A stretch of DNA of 64,000 nt from the human T2T-CHM13v2.0 reference genome, Homo sapiens, in the NCBI RefSeq assembly GCF_009914755.1, contig NC_060936.1. The stretch is one strand, 5' to 3'. The notes below the pieces were generated by a model that worked only from the letters and a program-made list of their open reading frames with translations, searched no databases and was not told where the DNA came from. Shown here piece after piece: positions 62,013 through 64,000 of the stretch (its first letter is position 1; each line of letters starts with the position of its first letter). The position numbers were made by a program, and so were the translations under genes.

Positions 62013-62113
62013 CAGCAGTTTTCAAGCTTGGCTGCACATTAGAATCACCTGTGGTGCTTAAAAAAATACAGATGACCAGACCTCATCTCTGGAGATTCAT
62101 ATTCAGTAGGTCT
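62013..62113. mobile_element. MER5A fragment
   Basis: ttcaagcttggctgcacattagaatcacctgtggtgcttaaaaaaatacagatg. Confidence 0.75.
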
Positions 62114-62174
62114 TTTCTTAAAATACTTTCTTCCAAAGTGTTTAATTGGGCTGCATTACACATATCTTAGGGTT

Positions 62175-63640
62175 TTGTTTATCTACTTGCCCTCCCTGGG
62201 TCATCTCATCTAGTGTCAAAGCTTCAATAAGCATGTTACAATTGAGGGACTTATGATTCCTACCCTAGCCCAGGTGACTATACTAAGTGTTAGAACCCTG
62301 TATCCCAGCAAGCATTCCTCAACTCTACATGGATGTACTCCTAGACCCCCAAACTCAATATCTCCAAAACTCATTACTTTCTGGTAAAAACTAATCCCTG
62401 TTTCAGTGTTCCCAATAATATGGCCAGCCACCCTTTTATTCATCCTAACCCACATAGCCATGCAGACTCAAAGATGGCCCTCAATGATTCCCGCCTTCTG
62501 GTATTTCTGCCCTTGTGGAATCCCTTCCCCTTGAGTGTAGGCCAGCCTAGCAACTTGCTTGTCACCAATAGATGCCATGGGCATATCACTTGCATAATTA
62601 GGTTACATAAGATTAAGACTTCTGCCTGGTTACTAGACTCTATACTTAGCTGGCTTTGCTAAAGCCAGCTGCCATGTTGGAGAGGAACATACAGCAAAGA
62701 ACTGAAGCCCTCAATCTAACTACTGCAGGGAACTGAATCCTATTAAAAACCACTTGAACTTTGAAGCAGATATTTCTCCAGTTGTGCCTTCAGATGAGAC
62801 CCCAGCCCTGACCATCCCTTTGATTGCAGTCTTGGGTGAAACCATGAAGCAGAGGACCCAGATAAGCCATGCTCAGATAAGCCTGACCAACAGAAACTGT
62901 GAGATAGAAAATGTATTTGTGCCAAGTTAGTGGTAATTTGCTATGCAGCAATAAATAACTAATATAAAACTAATTATCAAGTTCTGTTATTTCAGCTTTT
63001 TTGATACCTCTGAAATCTGATATATTTTCCATGCCTACCATCAGATGGGTCAGGCATGATCATGCATTCCCTGCATTGTTACAGCTGCCTTTAACCCATC
63101 ACTCTGCCATTTGTCTTATGGCCTCCAACCCCAATTTATTCTTTGCAGAATCATCTTTCAAAATGAAAATTGGATCATATTCCACTATTTGAAACCTTTT
63201 AGCACTCTTACGTTGTTCATGAGGTAAAGTTCAAAGTTTTAAACATGACTCACAAAATTCTCTGTGACCTAGCCCCATGCTGCCTCTGTTTCAGGTTCTC
63301 TCCTCTTGGCTCTTGACCTTAACCCTTACTGCTCTCTTTACTTGAAGTCTTCTATTATGTACTTACCCACTTGCTCTAACTGCAAACCTTTCTCTCACTA
63401 CAACTTGTTTTTCACATACAAATAACAATTTCCTTTAACAAATCTTTCCCGGATGCCCAAGCCTGAGCTGGATGCCTCTATGGACAGTCTGCTATCTCCA
63501 CTTACTTCACCTACGATTGGGCATATTATGGCCTTTACCTATTTATTTGTCTCATGTCTTCTATAGACAGAGCACAAAGATCATGCCTATTTCATTAACT
63601 ACCTTGTTGACACTCAAGTAAATATTTATTGAATGGACAA
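62175..63640 (+). mobile_element. L2 fragment split by MLT1F
   Basis: ccctgggtcatctcatctagtgtcaaagcttcaa...; tctttcaaaatgaaaattggatcat; ctcaagtaaatatttattgaatg 3' end. Confidence 0.7.
62457..62966 (+). mobile_element. MLT1F-type solo LTR
   Basis: gcagactcaaagatggccctcaatgattcccgcc...gccttcagatgagaccccagccctg...gtggtaatttgctatgcagcaataaataactaatata. Confidence 0.85.
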
Positions 63641-64000
63641 ATACATAAATGGCAGTGGAAGATTTTTTTTTCCTCTGTTTGGTGAAACCTCTGAACCACA
63701 GACTGGTTTTCTGTATGCACCATGTCTGGATCAAGCTGTGACTTGGTACTTGCATTTAGTATCTGGTCTCCTTCTGCAACACAGCCCAGCATATTCCCAA
63801 CATCATGCCAGCTTTTTGCTTTAAGTGGCTGCCCAGTGGATCCTAGGGCCACCCTTTTTCTGATGTCAGTGATAATCATCAGGGGTGAAACAGAGTACAA
63901 GTGGTGTCCGGTTGCCCTAAATCTAGCCCAAGACTGCAGCTTAGAAATATCAAGGAGATGGAGCCAGGACTCCCTTCATTTCATCCTGGATTTAATGCTC

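Noticed and set aside
62648-62670. Hairpin AGCTGGCTTT-gct-AAAGCCAGCT
   Set aside because: Largely inherited from the quasi-palindromic MLT1F sequence

Overview
Primate (most likely human) non-coding genomic DNA, AT-rich and CpG-depleted, so either intronic or intergenic. I cannot identify the locus. I can support no protein-coding gene, RNA gene, CpG island or CRISPR array. All ORFs in the track are short (134 aa or less) and many are Alu/L1/LTR artefacts. The window is a layered record of transposons: 8 Alus (7 on +), L1PA/PB/MA/MC/MD/ME and HAL1 pieces, many L2 and MIR fragments, a CR1/L3-type relic, MaLR and ERV1 solo LTRs, and hAT/Tigger DNA elements (MER1B, MER3, MER5, MER20, MER53, MER112-like, Tigger3b, Tigger4a/b), several of them nested. 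Family and subfamily names come from my recollection of consensus sequences and need RepeatMasker/Dfam confirmation; old-element boundaries are approximate. I did not find a convincing new biological system. The most interesting unexplained signals are: (i) + strand exon-like cassettes (an 18/24-nt microexon candidate at 50777, a 57-nt in-frame cassette at 24443, and a strong 3' splice site at 418); (ii) local duplications of about 168, 111 and 100 bp; (iii) small templated-insertion or hairpin scars, most notably a Pol-theta-like patchwork inside an L1PB at about 49.0 kb; and (iv) repeat-free islands that may be conserved regulatory DNA.
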